The position numbers were made by a program, and so were the translations under genes. The notes below the pieces were generated by a model. That model was given only the letters and a program-made list of their open reading frames with translations, was not told where the DNA came from and searched no databases. Below, one piece after another: positions 9,905 to 19,188 of a DNA stretch of 64,000 bases (the stretch's first letter is position 1; the number at the start of each line of letters is the position of its first letter). Source of the DNA: Nitrospirota bacterium (GTDB taxonomy: Bacteria > Nitrospirota > Nitrospiria > Nitrospirales > Nitrospiraceae); assembly GCA_963703955.1 (NCBI GenBank), contig CAVPGK010000011.1:224001-288000 (forward strand), given 5' to 3'.

Positions 9905-10515
9905 CTGATCGCCTGGAGCCAGGCCCGGATATCCGCAATGTCTTGTGCGCTTAGCGCAGCCTCCCAGGGCGGCATGGCGCCACGACCGTGCAGCACGGTG
10001 TCCCAGAACCGGCTCTCGTCGCCCAGGATCGGATTGCCGGCCAGCTTGAGACCCATGCCGCCGCTGGCGCCGCCGCCATGGCACGCCTGACAATTGTGCA
10101 CGTACAGGCCTTCGCCGCGACCCGCCACGCCGGAGGGATGGCCGCCTGCCGCAGCCGCTTCCACCCGCCGTGGCTCCGCCACGGCCCCCGTGTCCCTGAC
10201 CAGCTCCTGATCCGGCGCAGTCGGATGGTAGAGAGCAGACAAGTAACTTACCAGTAGCACCGCCTCCTCCGGCGAGACGTCGGCCCCCCAGTGAATCATC
10301 TTTTGGATCGTTGCCTCCCAGCGATCCCGGTCCAACCGCTGTTGACTGATGAGGTCTGTGCTATGGCAAACGGCGCAGCGGGCCAGGAGCAGGCCTTTGG
10401 CCCTGAGCGCGAGCTTTGCACGATCCTGGCTCGCGTCCTCGGCGTGCCCGATCGCCCACGCCGCGAACACGACCACGCTCACGAACACTACGCGGACTCC
10501 GTCCATTCGTCTCAT
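9901..10515 (-). CDS. Diheme cytochrome c, probable electron acceptor of the sulfite oxidase (SorB-like N domain)
   Basis: CAVCHSTDLISQQRL..W...I.KM..WGA plus a second CQACH domain; ATGA coupling to the Mo enzyme. Confidence 0.85.
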   Translation of the reverse strand: MRRMDGVRVVFVSVVVFAAWAIGHAEDASQDRAKLALRAKGLLLARCAVCHSTDLISQQRLDRDRWEATIQKMIHWGADVSPEEAVLLVSYLSALYHPTAPDQELVRDTGAVAEPRRVEAAAAGGHPSGVAGRGEGLYVHNCQACHGGGASGGMGLKLAGNPILGDESRFWDTVLHGRGAMPPWEAALSAQDIADIRAWLQAIR

Positions 10516-11699
10516 GCCGTCACAGTCACCATCGCGCGGTCCCAGCCGTTCCAGAGAAAGCCGCCCGGATTCCACGGAGACCGTTCGGGCTGCGTGTACC
10601 CCCGGTCATCCGTCGCGCGGCACAGCAGCACATAAGATCCGGGACGCATCGCGCGCCAGTCATATTTCCAGATTCGCCAGGCATAGGGGACATCGTCCCC
10701 CGTCAACCCGGCCCGGGACCAGGTCCGCCCTTCGTCGACCGACACCTCCACTGAGACAATCCGCGCTTCCCCCGTCCACGCGACCCCCTGCACCACGATG
10801 CTGCCGTCCACCGTGTCGCCGTCACGAGGACTCGTGATGAGAGACTTCACGATCATCGTTTCGATGGGTCGCAGGTCCATAGGGTCCACCTGCTCGCCGG
10901 GCTGGACGGGTCGAACCGGATGACGATACGCCGTCTGCATGTAATAGCCGGGAGGCTCTTGGTCGCTGGTCGTCAGATCAGTGAGCCACTTGACGCAGGC
11001 ATCTGCCATCCAGCCCGGCGCGATCAGTCGGAGGGGCGCGCCGTGTAACAGCGGGAGCGGCTCTCCGTTCATCCCAGAGGCCAGGATCGTATCGGGGTGC
11101 AGCGCCTTCTCGAGTGGAATGCTCCGGAGAAAGATTGGGGTGCTGGGATGAACCGGCCGATCCGCGCCGAGCAGATGGAGATGCTTCGCTTTAGTCTGTA
11201 TGCCGGCTTTCGCCAGCACATCGCGCAGCCGCACGCCCGTCCAGAGTGCGTTGCCCACCGCCCCCTTCCGCCACTGAATCCCTCCGGCGCGCGGCTGATA
11301 GAAGGCACGGCCGTTGCCGCTGCATTGCACGACGGCCGTGACGGATACTTCTTCGAATTGTTTGAGATCAAGCAGACTCAAACTGAGCGCACGGTCCACC
11401 AGCCCCCCCACGCTCAGTTTCCAGTGCGCCGGATCGATCCGCTCTAAGGGAGGCGGCCCGAAATGGCTGCGGACGAAAAAGCTGTCGTTCGGGGTGATCC
11501 ACGACGTGAAAGCTTCGACCGGCGTTTCCGCATCGTAGGGACGGCTGACTCTGGGGATCAGCTTGTCGACCACCTCGGCTCTTTCGGCCTGCCCACGCCC
11601 CAGAGAGAGCACCGTGACGGCATAGGCCAGCCCGCCGGCAGCCCATTGCATGAATCGCCGGCGCGAGACGACCCTGTCGTCCTCGCCATCCATGGTCAC
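10512..11699 (-). CDS. Sulfite oxidase family molybdoenzyme (SorA/SoxC-like), Tat exported
   Basis: SRRRFM Tat motif, FFVRSH, QCSGNGR Moco cysteine, HGAPLRLIAPGW..VKWL, C-terminal dimerisation domain (WNPGGFLWN). Confidence 0.92.
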   Translation of the reverse strand: MTMDGEDDRVVSRRRFMQWAAGGLAYAVTVLSLGRGQAERAEVVDKLIPRVSRPYDAETPVEAFTSWITPNDSFFVRSHFGPPPLERIDPAHWKLSVGGLVDRALSLSLLDLKQFEEVSVTAVVQCSGNGRAFYQPRAGGIQWRKGAVGNALWTGVRLRDVLAKAGIQTKAKHLHLLGADRPVHPSTPIFLRSIPLEKALHPDTILASGMNGEPLPLLHGAPLRLIAPGWMADACVKWLTDLTTSDQEPPGYYMQTAYRHPVRPVQPGEQVDPMDLRPIETMIVKSLITSPRDGDTVDGSIVVQGVAWTGEARIVSVEVSVDEGRTWSRAGLTGDDVPYAWRIWKYDWRAMRPGSYVLLCRATDDRGYTQPERSPWNPGGFLWNGWDRAMVTVTA

Positions 11700-13105
11700 T
11701 TGGCGAGTGTCCGGAGATAGTGAATCACCTGCCACACTTCGTCCTCGGACAATCCGGCAAACGGCATCATGCCGGTGCCGGGTGAGCCGTTCTTGATGAC
11801 CCAGAACAATTGGCCATCCTGAATCTCTCTCATCGTCGCACCGCAAGTAAAATTTCGCGGAGGCGGGACTAACGCCGCCCCGATCGGACCGCTACCGTCT
11901 CCTCGCTGTCCGTGACAATTCATACAGGCCAGCGGCTTTGCCGTTTCCATGAAGAGCGTCTTGCCCGCTTGCACATGAGCAGGGGAGGTTGGTAAGGGGT
12001 TTGTCCGGTTCAAGAAATCCGCAGGAGCTTGCTGGGTCGTCCGCGGTTGCGGGCAGACACCGAGGGCGCCGCCAGCTTGGCCCACCGTCGCTTCAGCGAC
12101 ATCTGCACCTTTGAAGGTCTGTCTCAAATAGGCAATGACGTCCGCGACGCCTTGCTGCCCGATCGTCAACCCCCAATAGGGCATGCTGGTGGATTTTCCG
12201 ACCGCGCGCCCGCCATGATTGACCACATTATAAAGATATTCCATCGGCAGCTTGTCGAACGCCATATTGGCGTGCACCGCCGGTTTGGGCTCGAGACCTG
12301 ACGCGGCCGGTCCATCGCCTCTGCCGCTGGCTCCATGGCATTGCGAACAGTATTGCTTGTAGAGCAGCTTGCCCCGATCAACGCTCACATTTTGAAATTC
12401 CTTGCTCGTCCACGGTTCGTAATATTTGAAATCCTTCACGCCCTGCACGGCCAGGAATCCGATGACAGCCCGCAACTGGGGGTCGGTGGCATCCGCCAGG
12501 AACTCCCCACTGTGTGGCGTGAAATCCTGCGGATTCTGCCCGAAGCGGAAGAGCCAGTCCGTGGTGTACCGGCGCCCGGATTCCACCAGGGAGGCACTCT
12601 GCGGCCCGCCGATGACCCTGCCGTTTTCCTCAATGACGTGGCAGCCGATGCAGGCATGGGCTTTATAGGCCTGCCGGCCGAACTCAACTTCGATGGCGCT
12701 TACCTTCGAGACATCGAAGGCTCCTATCCTTACGCGAGGATCCTTGTAATGCTGCTCAAAATAGTCGGCGATGCCTTGGGCCTCCGATGCAGAGACGATT
12801 GGATGTTCGGTCGGCTCCTGGGAAAGATCCCAGCGATACCCTTTCGGGTAGATACGATGTTCTTTGCCCGTCAACCACCCGATCAGCCACGCGCGTTGAT
12901 ATTTACTCCCGGCCCACATGAGATCCGGTGCCTTGAGGTTGAACCGCGACTCCGGAGTGCCTTCAAAGCGATGGCAGGAGGCGCACGTATTCTGGATAAC
13001 CTGTTTCGTCCCCTGCTCATCGCTGCCGAGCAGCATATGTGGGACAGTCACGAGCCATATCGCGAGACCAACAAAGGCACCGATCGCAACCCGTCTCTTC
13101 AACAT
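11696..13105 (-). CDS. Periplasmic tetraheme (multi-domain class I) cytochrome c
   Basis: Signal peptide; CASCH, CIGCH, CSQCH, CMNCH. Confidence 0.9.
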   Translation of the reverse strand: MLKRRVAIGAFVGLAIWLVTVPHMLLGSDEQGTKQVIQNTCASCHRFEGTPESRFNLKAPDLMWAGSKYQRAWLIGWLTGKEHRIYPKGYRWDLSQEPTEHPIVSASEAQGIADYFEQHYKDPRVRIGAFDVSKVSAIEVEFGRQAYKAHACIGCHVIEENGRVIGGPQSASLVESGRRYTTDWLFRFGQNPQDFTPHSGEFLADATDPQLRAVIGFLAVQGVKDFKYYEPWTSKEFQNVSVDRGKLLYKQYCSQCHGASGRGDGPAASGLEPKPAVHANMAFDKLPMEYLYNVVNHGGRAVGKSTSMPYWGLTIGQQGVADVIAYLRQTFKGADVAEATVGQAGGALGVCPQPRTTQQAPADFLNRTNPLPTSPAHVQAGKTLFMETAKPLACMNCHGQRGDGSGPIGAALVPPPRNFTCGATMREIQDGQLFWVIKNGSPGTGMMPFAGLSEDEVWQVIHYLRTLAK

Positions 13106-13213
13106 GAGCTCCTCCTGATTCGCTGATCCGTCGCGGCTCGAAAGCTTGCCACCGCAGTCATATCGGGACGACCCGTATGCGAGACATCGGGTGGATCGTA
13201 TCTCCGTGGTCGC

Positions 13214-14215
13214 TCAAAACCGATACTGTACCCCCAGCGAGACGATTGTGTCGTTGAAGTCCCGCGAAACGTCCGTCGAGGAACGCTGCGTACGCTGGAA
13301 GCTGAGGGTGGCATCCGACGCGTGGGTCAGTGCATACTTCAACTCGGCCAGCCCTTGGTTGGTGAGGTCCTGACGGCCCATATGTGTATCCCCGACCACC
13401 TCACTCGTGAAGGTCTTGCGCAAGTGAAGGTAGACAAGATTCAGTGCAAGCCGCTCAAGGAATCGCACTTCCGCGCCGAACGAGACGAGATTGAGGTAGT
13501 AGGACACATCGTCCTTGATTTCAGGTTGCTCTCGCCCATCAGCCAACCCACGTTCATAGAGGTAGGCAAGCGTGAACGTGATCCAGGAAGCCGGTCGATA
13601 GTCGGCGCGCGGACCGATCGTATAGAAGGTGGTATCGCGTTCGGCGAAGGCCTCGTTATAGAGTCGAACCCCGTAACGGCCAATGAACGTACCGCTCCAG
13701 TTTTGGTTGAATCGTCGCTGGAGTTCAAGTCTCCAGTGATGCGACGTCACCCGTTCCTCTTGAATCGAATTCGTTCCACTCTGGTGCTCGATGTTGGGCC
13801 CCAGAAAGACATTCGGCACATATCGATACCGCAGCAACACCGAGGTATCGGGATTCAGCCACTGCCGGTCCTGAATCAGGTAGTCGCCATGATTGAAGAT
13901 GGGCTTGTCGGTATAAATGAACCCGTGCGCCTCGACAGACATTTCGTTCTTTCCGAGCCAGGGAGAGGATGATTTGATGACCTCCAAGCTCGGCTCCCAT
14001 ACCACATCAGAAGGTTTTCCGAGCGGAACGATCGTGGGTTGGGACGGGTCCTCGTTAAGCGCCAGGCGTCGAGCCGATGAAAACTGAAAGACATCGGTCG
14101 TATAACTCACCCTCTGCTCAGCGACTGCTGACCATTCGGCGCGAGCAGGCCAAGGCCACGCGATCAGAAAAACAGTGGCCGCCATGGCCCATCCTGCCCC
14201 TCGCGTCGCCCCCAT
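13214..14215 (-). CDS. Putative outer-membrane beta-barrel protein
   Basis: Signal peptide (ARA/EW), amphipathic Tyr-rich strands, C-terminal GVQYRF. Confidence 0.75.
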   Translation of the reverse strand: MGATRGAGWAMAATVFLIAWPWPARAEWSAVAEQRVSYTTDVFQFSSARRLALNEDPSQPTIVPLGKPSDVVWEPSLEVIKSSSPWLGKNEMSVEAHGFIYTDKPIFNHGDYLIQDRQWLNPDTSVLLRYRYVPNVFLGPNIEHQSGTNSIQEERVTSHHWRLELQRRFNQNWSGTFIGRYGVRLYNEAFAERDTTFYTIGPRADYRPASWITFTLAYLYERGLADGREQPEIKDDVSYYLNLVSFGAEVRFLERLALNLVYLHLRKTFTSEVVGDTHMGRQDLTNQGLAELKYALTHASDATLSFQRTQRSSTDVSRDFNDTIVSLGVQYRF

Positions 14216-14221
14216 CGTTCA

Positions 14222-14659
14222 TTATTGCCCGAACGCCCGCACATACAAGACTAGGTGCCACGCTTCTTCCTCGGTCAAGATCAACGGAATGAATGAAGCC
14301 ATATCGGTGCCAGGACTTCCGTTCTTCAGAATCCACATCAATTCGCCATCCGTCCTGACCTGTTGCCAGACTTTGTTGGTGAAATCCCTCGGAAGCCTGC
14401 CCCGCAAGCCGGGGATATCGCTCAACCCTTTACCATCGCGGCCGTGACAGGTCGCGCAGAAAGCCTTGCCATGGAACAGCGCCTTCCCCTTCTCGATGTT
14501 CTCTGGACTCGGCGGGATGGGATTGACCCACGTTCTTGCAACCGCTATCTGATCCGTAGGCACACGCGGGATCAGCACCTCGGCATCCGCGCCATAGGAG
14601 GGACACCGAAACCAGCCCACCAACCCGGCCATAATGAACAGCGTCGCTCGTACCATCAT
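14222..14659 (-). CDS. Monoheme cytochrome c
   Basis: CATCH, PRDF..TDGELMWILKNGSPGTDM; same family as 9308-9904. Confidence 0.88.
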   Translation of the reverse strand: MMVRATLFIMAGLVGWFRCPSYGADAEVLIPRVPTDQIAVARTWVNPIPPSPENIEKGKALFHGKAFCATCHGRDGKGLSDIPGLRGRLPRDFTNKVWQQVRTDGELMWILKNGSPGTDMASFIPLILTEEEAWHLVLYVRAFGQ

Positions 14660-14767
14660 CACGTCGAATGCAACGTTGGGTAGCAAAAGCAATGGGCGGG
14701 CGCAAGACCCGCACCCATTGCCTCCCGTTCGATCCTATTCTTTACTGCTCGTTTCTCCCTCTCACCC

Positions 14768-15289
14768 CTATTTCTCTGCGTGCCCGGGAAATTGGTGCCC
14801 AAGCGACTGAGGGAAAGAGACCGAGCCATCGGGGAACTCCAGACCCTTTTGCCAGAGGTGGTAGATGACGCCGTCAGTTTTGGACGCCGCGTCGGCGATT
14901 TCTTTGGCCTTGTCAGCGGGCTCGAGGACCTGCACACGTCCGGTCGCGATCTCAACCTTGTGATCGTGGAAATACCGATGCCACTGAATGGGAGAGAGTT
15001 TCCTGGTAAGGTCCTTTGCCACGAAGTATTCAATTCCGATCAGCGCCGCCTTAGGATCAGTGGATTCGAAGAGCAGGCACTGGAGAATCTTATCTGAAAT
15101 CCCCTTGCAATAATGGTGGTACGGCCCGCCAACCGTGCCATCTGGATGAAGGTGTGGGGCCTGCACATGGATGTCATACCCGGTTGCCGGAGAAGCCGGC
15201 TCAGCGCCAACCGCCGGCATGACCATGAATGCCCACATCACGAAACTCACGATACCGAGTAGCCCACTACGATGAAGAGTCGATTCCAT
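14768..15289 (-). CDS. Secreted DUF1264 (OBAP-like) protein
   Basis: HHYCK...QCLLFES...LIGIEY...HDH..E motifs; signal peptide; RBS ggagg. Confidence 0.8.
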   Translation of the reverse strand: MESTLHRSGLLGIVSFVMWAFMVMPAVGAEPASPATGYDIHVQAPHLHPDGTVGGPYHHYCKGISDKILQCLLFESTDPKAALIGIEYFVAKDLTRKLSPIQWHRYFHDHKVEIATGRVQVLEPADKAKEIADAASKTDGVIYHLWQKGLEFPDGSVSFPQSLGHQFPGHAEK

Positions 15290-15464
15290 GTCTGCCTCCT
15301 AATTGATAGAGTGAGGTTCACGATGATGAGCTTTCGAGCTGGTTCTGCACCGCTCCGCTCACCATTCTGACTCTTAGAGACACGTCGCATCGTAAGGATT
15401 CAAGTACTGTCCGACCTCGAAGTCCAAAGGAGCGCATCGGCGAGTTGAGACCTCTGCATTGGGG

Positions 15465-15881
15465 TCACGAACGTGGCTCCACACCCTTTCCTGCAAATAC
15501 CGACAGATCCACTTCGGGTGGGACGGCCAGTGTCTGATGGACGGTACAGCCGTTGGCCACTTTCAACAGCCGGTCCTTCAATTCCTGTGTCAGCTCGGAA
15601 GGCAGATGAACAACCACTTTTACCGCACCGACGCGATGGGGCTGCTCAGCCATGGACCACTCCGCGTCAATTGTTAGCCCCTCGCTGGGAATCTTGTGGC
15701 GCGCGCAGTAACGCCCCACGAAATACCCGACGCAACTCGCCAGCGACCCGACGAAGAGTTCCACCGGGCTCATCCCCGTATCGGCGCCACCTTCATCCGT
15801 CGGTTGATCCGTCACCACGGTGTGCGCACCGCTGGTGACGTCAAAGCGGGTCCCGCCTCGAAATGCAACTGTGAGATTCAT
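15465..15881 (-). CDS. OsmC family protein
   Basis: TDQP..GG.DTGMSPVELFVGSLASC and the second Cys in GCTVHQTL. Confidence 0.9.
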   Translation of the reverse strand: MNLTVAFRGGTRFDVTSGAHTVVTDQPTDEGGADTGMSPVELFVGSLASCVGYFVGRYCARHKIPSEGLTIDAEWSMAEQPHRVGAVKVVVHLPSELTQELKDRLLKVANGCTVHQTLAVPPEVDLSVFAGKGVEPRS

Positions 15882-15942
15882 GGTGGCACCTTCCGCGTTA
15901 TCAGTTTGTTCACTTTCCTCCACGACTGGATGCCTAATTCGT

Positions 15943-16063
15943 GCGCTTCAGGCCTTAACATGCAACTGGTCAGATCGTTCAGTTCTTTGCCGTTCAAAAG
16001 ATCCGGGCCAACTGTGTCGCCTCACCATGAATCCGATGATACCCGGCACAGCCTCCTTTGGCT
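15943..16063 (-). pseudogene. Decayed cytochrome c fragment
   Basis: Minus strand reads AKGGCAGYHRIHGE, then after a frameshift DTVGPDLLNGKELNDLTSCML; CxxCH appears mutated to CxxYH. Confidence 0.5.
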
Positions 16064-16240
16064 CCTGCGCGAGGCTCCTAAGTGGCCTCCTAAAAGTCTT
16101 GTCGCATTAATCACGATCAAGCACACAGCGATGCTGATTGTAATGAAGGCGCCAATCTTGGCAGTGGCCTCAGGGGAAGTGAAGAACAGGCCCGGCTTCT
16201 CACATACCCCCTGACGAAACCGGCAGCTTTTTTCAAGCTC

Positions 16241-16603
16241 CTATCCAACAGGTTTGAACGGAGCCTCCATCCGAATATAAGAAAGGACATCTCGGATGTC
16301 CTGCTCGCTCAAGACGTCACGAAACCCGTGCATCGGCGTAAACATGACCCCATGCGCGATGGTGATGAACATCTCCCAATCGCTCTTCGTGCGTGAGCTC
16401 AAGGACTGCAGGTCAGCCGGGGGGACGGTCAAGAATTTTGCCTCCGGCCCTCTCCCATCCAGCTTCTGTCCATGGCACCGCAGACAGAGTTGCTCATAAA
16501 CAGCCTGCCCGTGCTTTGGGTTGCCGGAGCGATTCTGAGCGATTGCCAAGGAAGCGCAGAGAATGACAAACAACGCAACTGCGACGGAAATATGTCGTGT
16601 CAT
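16241..16603 (-). CDS. Periplasmic monoheme cytochrome c
   Basis: Signal peptide, CLRCH, TPMHGF; paralog of 855-1217. Confidence 0.9.
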   Translation of the reverse strand: MTRHISVAVALFVILCASLAIAQNRSGNPKHGQAVYEQLCLRCHGQKLDGRGPEAKFLTVPPADLQSLSSRTKSDWEMFITIAHGVMFTPMHGFRDVLSEQDIRDVLSYIRMEAPFKPVG

Positions 16604-16727
16604 GGACTCGCCTCCATGAGGACTAGCTCAACCCATTCGCTTTCGTTGGTAGGCAAGAATCTGTCGGCCATCCACCTCCGACTCGATCCCTACTCTCTCG
16701 TATGAATTCGCTTGCGATCCTTAGCGC

Positions 16728-17975
16728 TCAAGCTTGCTGTTCCAGCTTCGCGATTCCGAGCGCTTTCAGAATCGCTTTCTCGTAATAGGGCTCGCTGACG
16801 CCTCGTTTCATCTTATGCAGAAAATATTTTTCCAGGCCGATTTTGGCGAGGTGCACCCACTTTCCCTTCTTCGCCCACGTAACATTCCGTGGAGCCATTT
16901 GCGGAAGCGCGACGAAGGCCACTCCTGTGTCCCCCATATCAGCCAGGCAAATGGCATTCCAGGTCGCCGTGTCGCGCTTCGGGTTGTTCTCAATATCGGC
17001 CTTGATGTTGTGCACCGTGGCCGAGACCATTGATTCGATCATGTACCCCGTCTTGGGCGCGCCCGTCGGAATCGGCGTTTGCTCCACCGGCGGGATAGCC
17101 ACGCAGACTCCCACCGCGTAAATGTTCTTGTATTTCGGATTGGCTTGGTAGGAGTCAATATTCACAAACCCCTTGGGATTGCAGAGCCCCGGCGTTCCGG
17201 CGACTGCGTCCACGCCCGCAAAGGGCGGGATAAACATGGAGTAGCGAAAGGAGATATCCTGCCCGTCCTCCAGCATCAACTTGCCGGGCTGCACTTCTTT
17301 GATCGCGACGTTCGTGAAGGGTTTGATCGAGTGCTCGGCGAATTCATCCTCCATGAGCCGGCGCGATTTGCCGACGCCCGCCAGTCCCATGTGGCCGATG
17401 TAGGGCTCCGGCGTCACGAAATAGATCGGCACTTTGCGCCGCAGCTTTCTCTTGCGTAGATCGGCATCCAAAATGAAGGCCATCTCATACGCCGGCCCAA
17501 AGCAGGAGGCGCCTTGTGCCGCGCCGACCACGATGGGGCCCGGATCCTTTAAGAACGCTTGATAGGCGCCCCATGCTTGTTCCGCGTGATCCAGCGTGCA
17601 GACCGACTGCGTGTACCCGCTTGGCCCTAAGCCGCCCACGGCAGGGAAGTTCAATTTTGGCCCTGTCGCGATAATAAGGTAATCGTAAGGCACCTCGCCT
17701 TTCGCGGTGATAACGCGGTTTTGTTCCGGTTCGATCCGTTCTGCTGCCGTGTGAATGAACCCGACGCCCTTCTTTTCGAAGACAGGCCCCAAAGGGAAGC
17801 TGATATCTTTTCGCTTCCTCCACCCCACAGCTACCCATGGATTGGACGGCACGAAGTGAAAATAGTCCACGTTCGAGATCACGGTGACCGAATGTTTCTT
17901 GTCCAACATCGCCCGGCATTCATAGGCTGCGGGGAGGCCTCCGATCGACGCGCCGATGATCGCAATGTGTGCCAT
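16728..17975 (-). CDS. sqr: Sulfide:quinone oxidoreductase (type I-like)
   Basis: FAD-binding N-terminus, FVPSNPW, SVCT, GASCFGPAYE, PKTGYMIESM, AICLADMGD, KWVHLAKIGLEKYF. Confidence 0.93.
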   Translation of the reverse strand: MAHIAIIGASIGGLPAAYECRAMLDKKHSVTVISNVDYFHFVPSNPWVAVGWRKRKDISFPLGPVFEKKGVGFIHTAAERIEPEQNRVITAKGEVPYDYLIIATGPKLNFPAVGGLGPSGYTQSVCTLDHAEQAWGAYQAFLKDPGPIVVGAAQGASCFGPAYEMAFILDADLRKRKLRRKVPIYFVTPEPYIGHMGLAGVGKSRRLMEDEFAEHSIKPFTNVAIKEVQPGKLMLEDGQDISFRYSMFIPPFAGVDAVAGTPGLCNPKGFVNIDSYQANPKYKNIYAVGVCVAIPPVEQTPIPTGAPKTGYMIESMVSATVHNIKADIENNPKRDTATWNAICLADMGDTGVAFVALPQMAPRNVTWAKKGKWVHLAKIGLEKYFLHKMKRGVSEPYYEKAILKALGIAKLEQQA

Positions 17976-18055
17976 TAGTCCTCCAGTACTGAGTTGAACG
18001 AACAAGAGAAACGGCCATGCGGCGATGAGCTCAGTTCTCAGTCTGATATATTGCT

Positions 18056-18080
18056 GGCTGAAAGCTGACGGCTGACCGCT
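18056..18080. repeat. Short 7-mer tandem repeats (GCTGAnn)
   Basis: ggctgaaa gctgacg gctgaccgct; related units recur at 18336-18380 on the other side of the DUF2892 gene. Confidence 0.45.
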
Positions 18081-18084
18081 CTCT

Positions 18085-18303
18085 CTATGCCTTCCCGGTT
18101 GGCTTCATTTCACACGTGTTGATACCCAACACCTTCCACGCCGGGCAAAAGCCGACGGCGCCGGTCAGGAGCGCGATTGCTCCGACTCCGACCGCCAGCG
18201 CCGCTTGCCAGCCCGTGAGTCCCGCAAACGACCCCAAGAACAGGAAAATCAGGCCCACGACAATTCGAATGCCGCGTTCCATTGCTCCTACATTGCATCG
18301 CAT
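18085..18303 (-). CDS. DUF2892 (YgaP-like) membrane protein
   Basis: NVGAMERGIRIVVG...TGAVGFCPAWKVLGINTC. Confidence 0.9.
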   Translation of the reverse strand: MRCNVGAMERGIRIVVGLIFLFLGSFAGLTGWQAALAVGVGAIALLTGAVGFCPAWKVLGINTCEMKPTGKA

Positions 18304-18483
18304 GGCTCCACCTCCTTATCTGAACGATCAACCCTGCCGTCAGCTTTGAATGAGAAGGCTGACGCTAATGACTGATCGCTTCCTTGGTGACACCATCTTA
18401 GAGTCCAGCTCAATGCAAAGGATTCACCCACCGGACAGAGCCGTGTTCAGTTCGCAACCGGCGCCACCCGGGAAGAGATGACG

Positions 18484-18735
18484 TCAGTCGACTCGCGAGT
18501 GATCTGGACGGTATCGTCCTGCCGACAATCGATAGAGATCATGGCACGTCGTGCATCGGCTGGTGATGCTGGACAGACGATTCGAGACCTGTGGCGGACT
18601 CCACCCTGAACTACCGCATCCGCGAGCGCGTCGAAGTCGCGGTGAACCGACATCCCCATCTGTTTTAAGGCCAAGGGAAGCTTGACCATGATGGCCGGGC
18701 TCACGTCGGCAGCCATGCCCTTGCCTGCTGCGCGC
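18484..18735 (-). pseudogene. Class II cytochrome c C-terminal remnant
   Basis: KLPLALKQMGMSVHRDFDALADAV, frameshift, then LSSITSRCTTCHDLYRL; N-terminus missing. Confidence 0.7.
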
Positions 18736-19188
18736 CCACGCAAACAGCATGGTCGTGCCATAAGCTTTACCTCGAACGACTCATTACCGGCTTATCCGGG
18801 CTTCCGGGCACCGATGATGGGATCTGCGTCGTTCAGCTCGATACCTCTGTTCCCTGTGCGATTAACTCGCCACTCAGCCTAACGCGCCGAAGTGCTTGAA
18901 GTCACAACAGAGCCTCGCGGAGGATGAGCGGGGCCTTCCAACGGATTGGGGAGAAAGTCCACAGTGTCGATGTGGACCTCAGCGCAGGATGCCACATACA
19001 AGACACCGGACAGCATGCAAGGCAACGGCCGGGGTGGTTCGATCCTCCAGCCTGATGTCCAGCCTCCAAGGTTCCCTTGTCTTCCCCAAAAGCAGAGGTC
19101 ATAGAACTCCCGACCAAGAGGACGGCCAACGCGGCGGCGATGACCATCCCTCGCTCACGTCATAACCCATGGACACGAGGATGAACGT

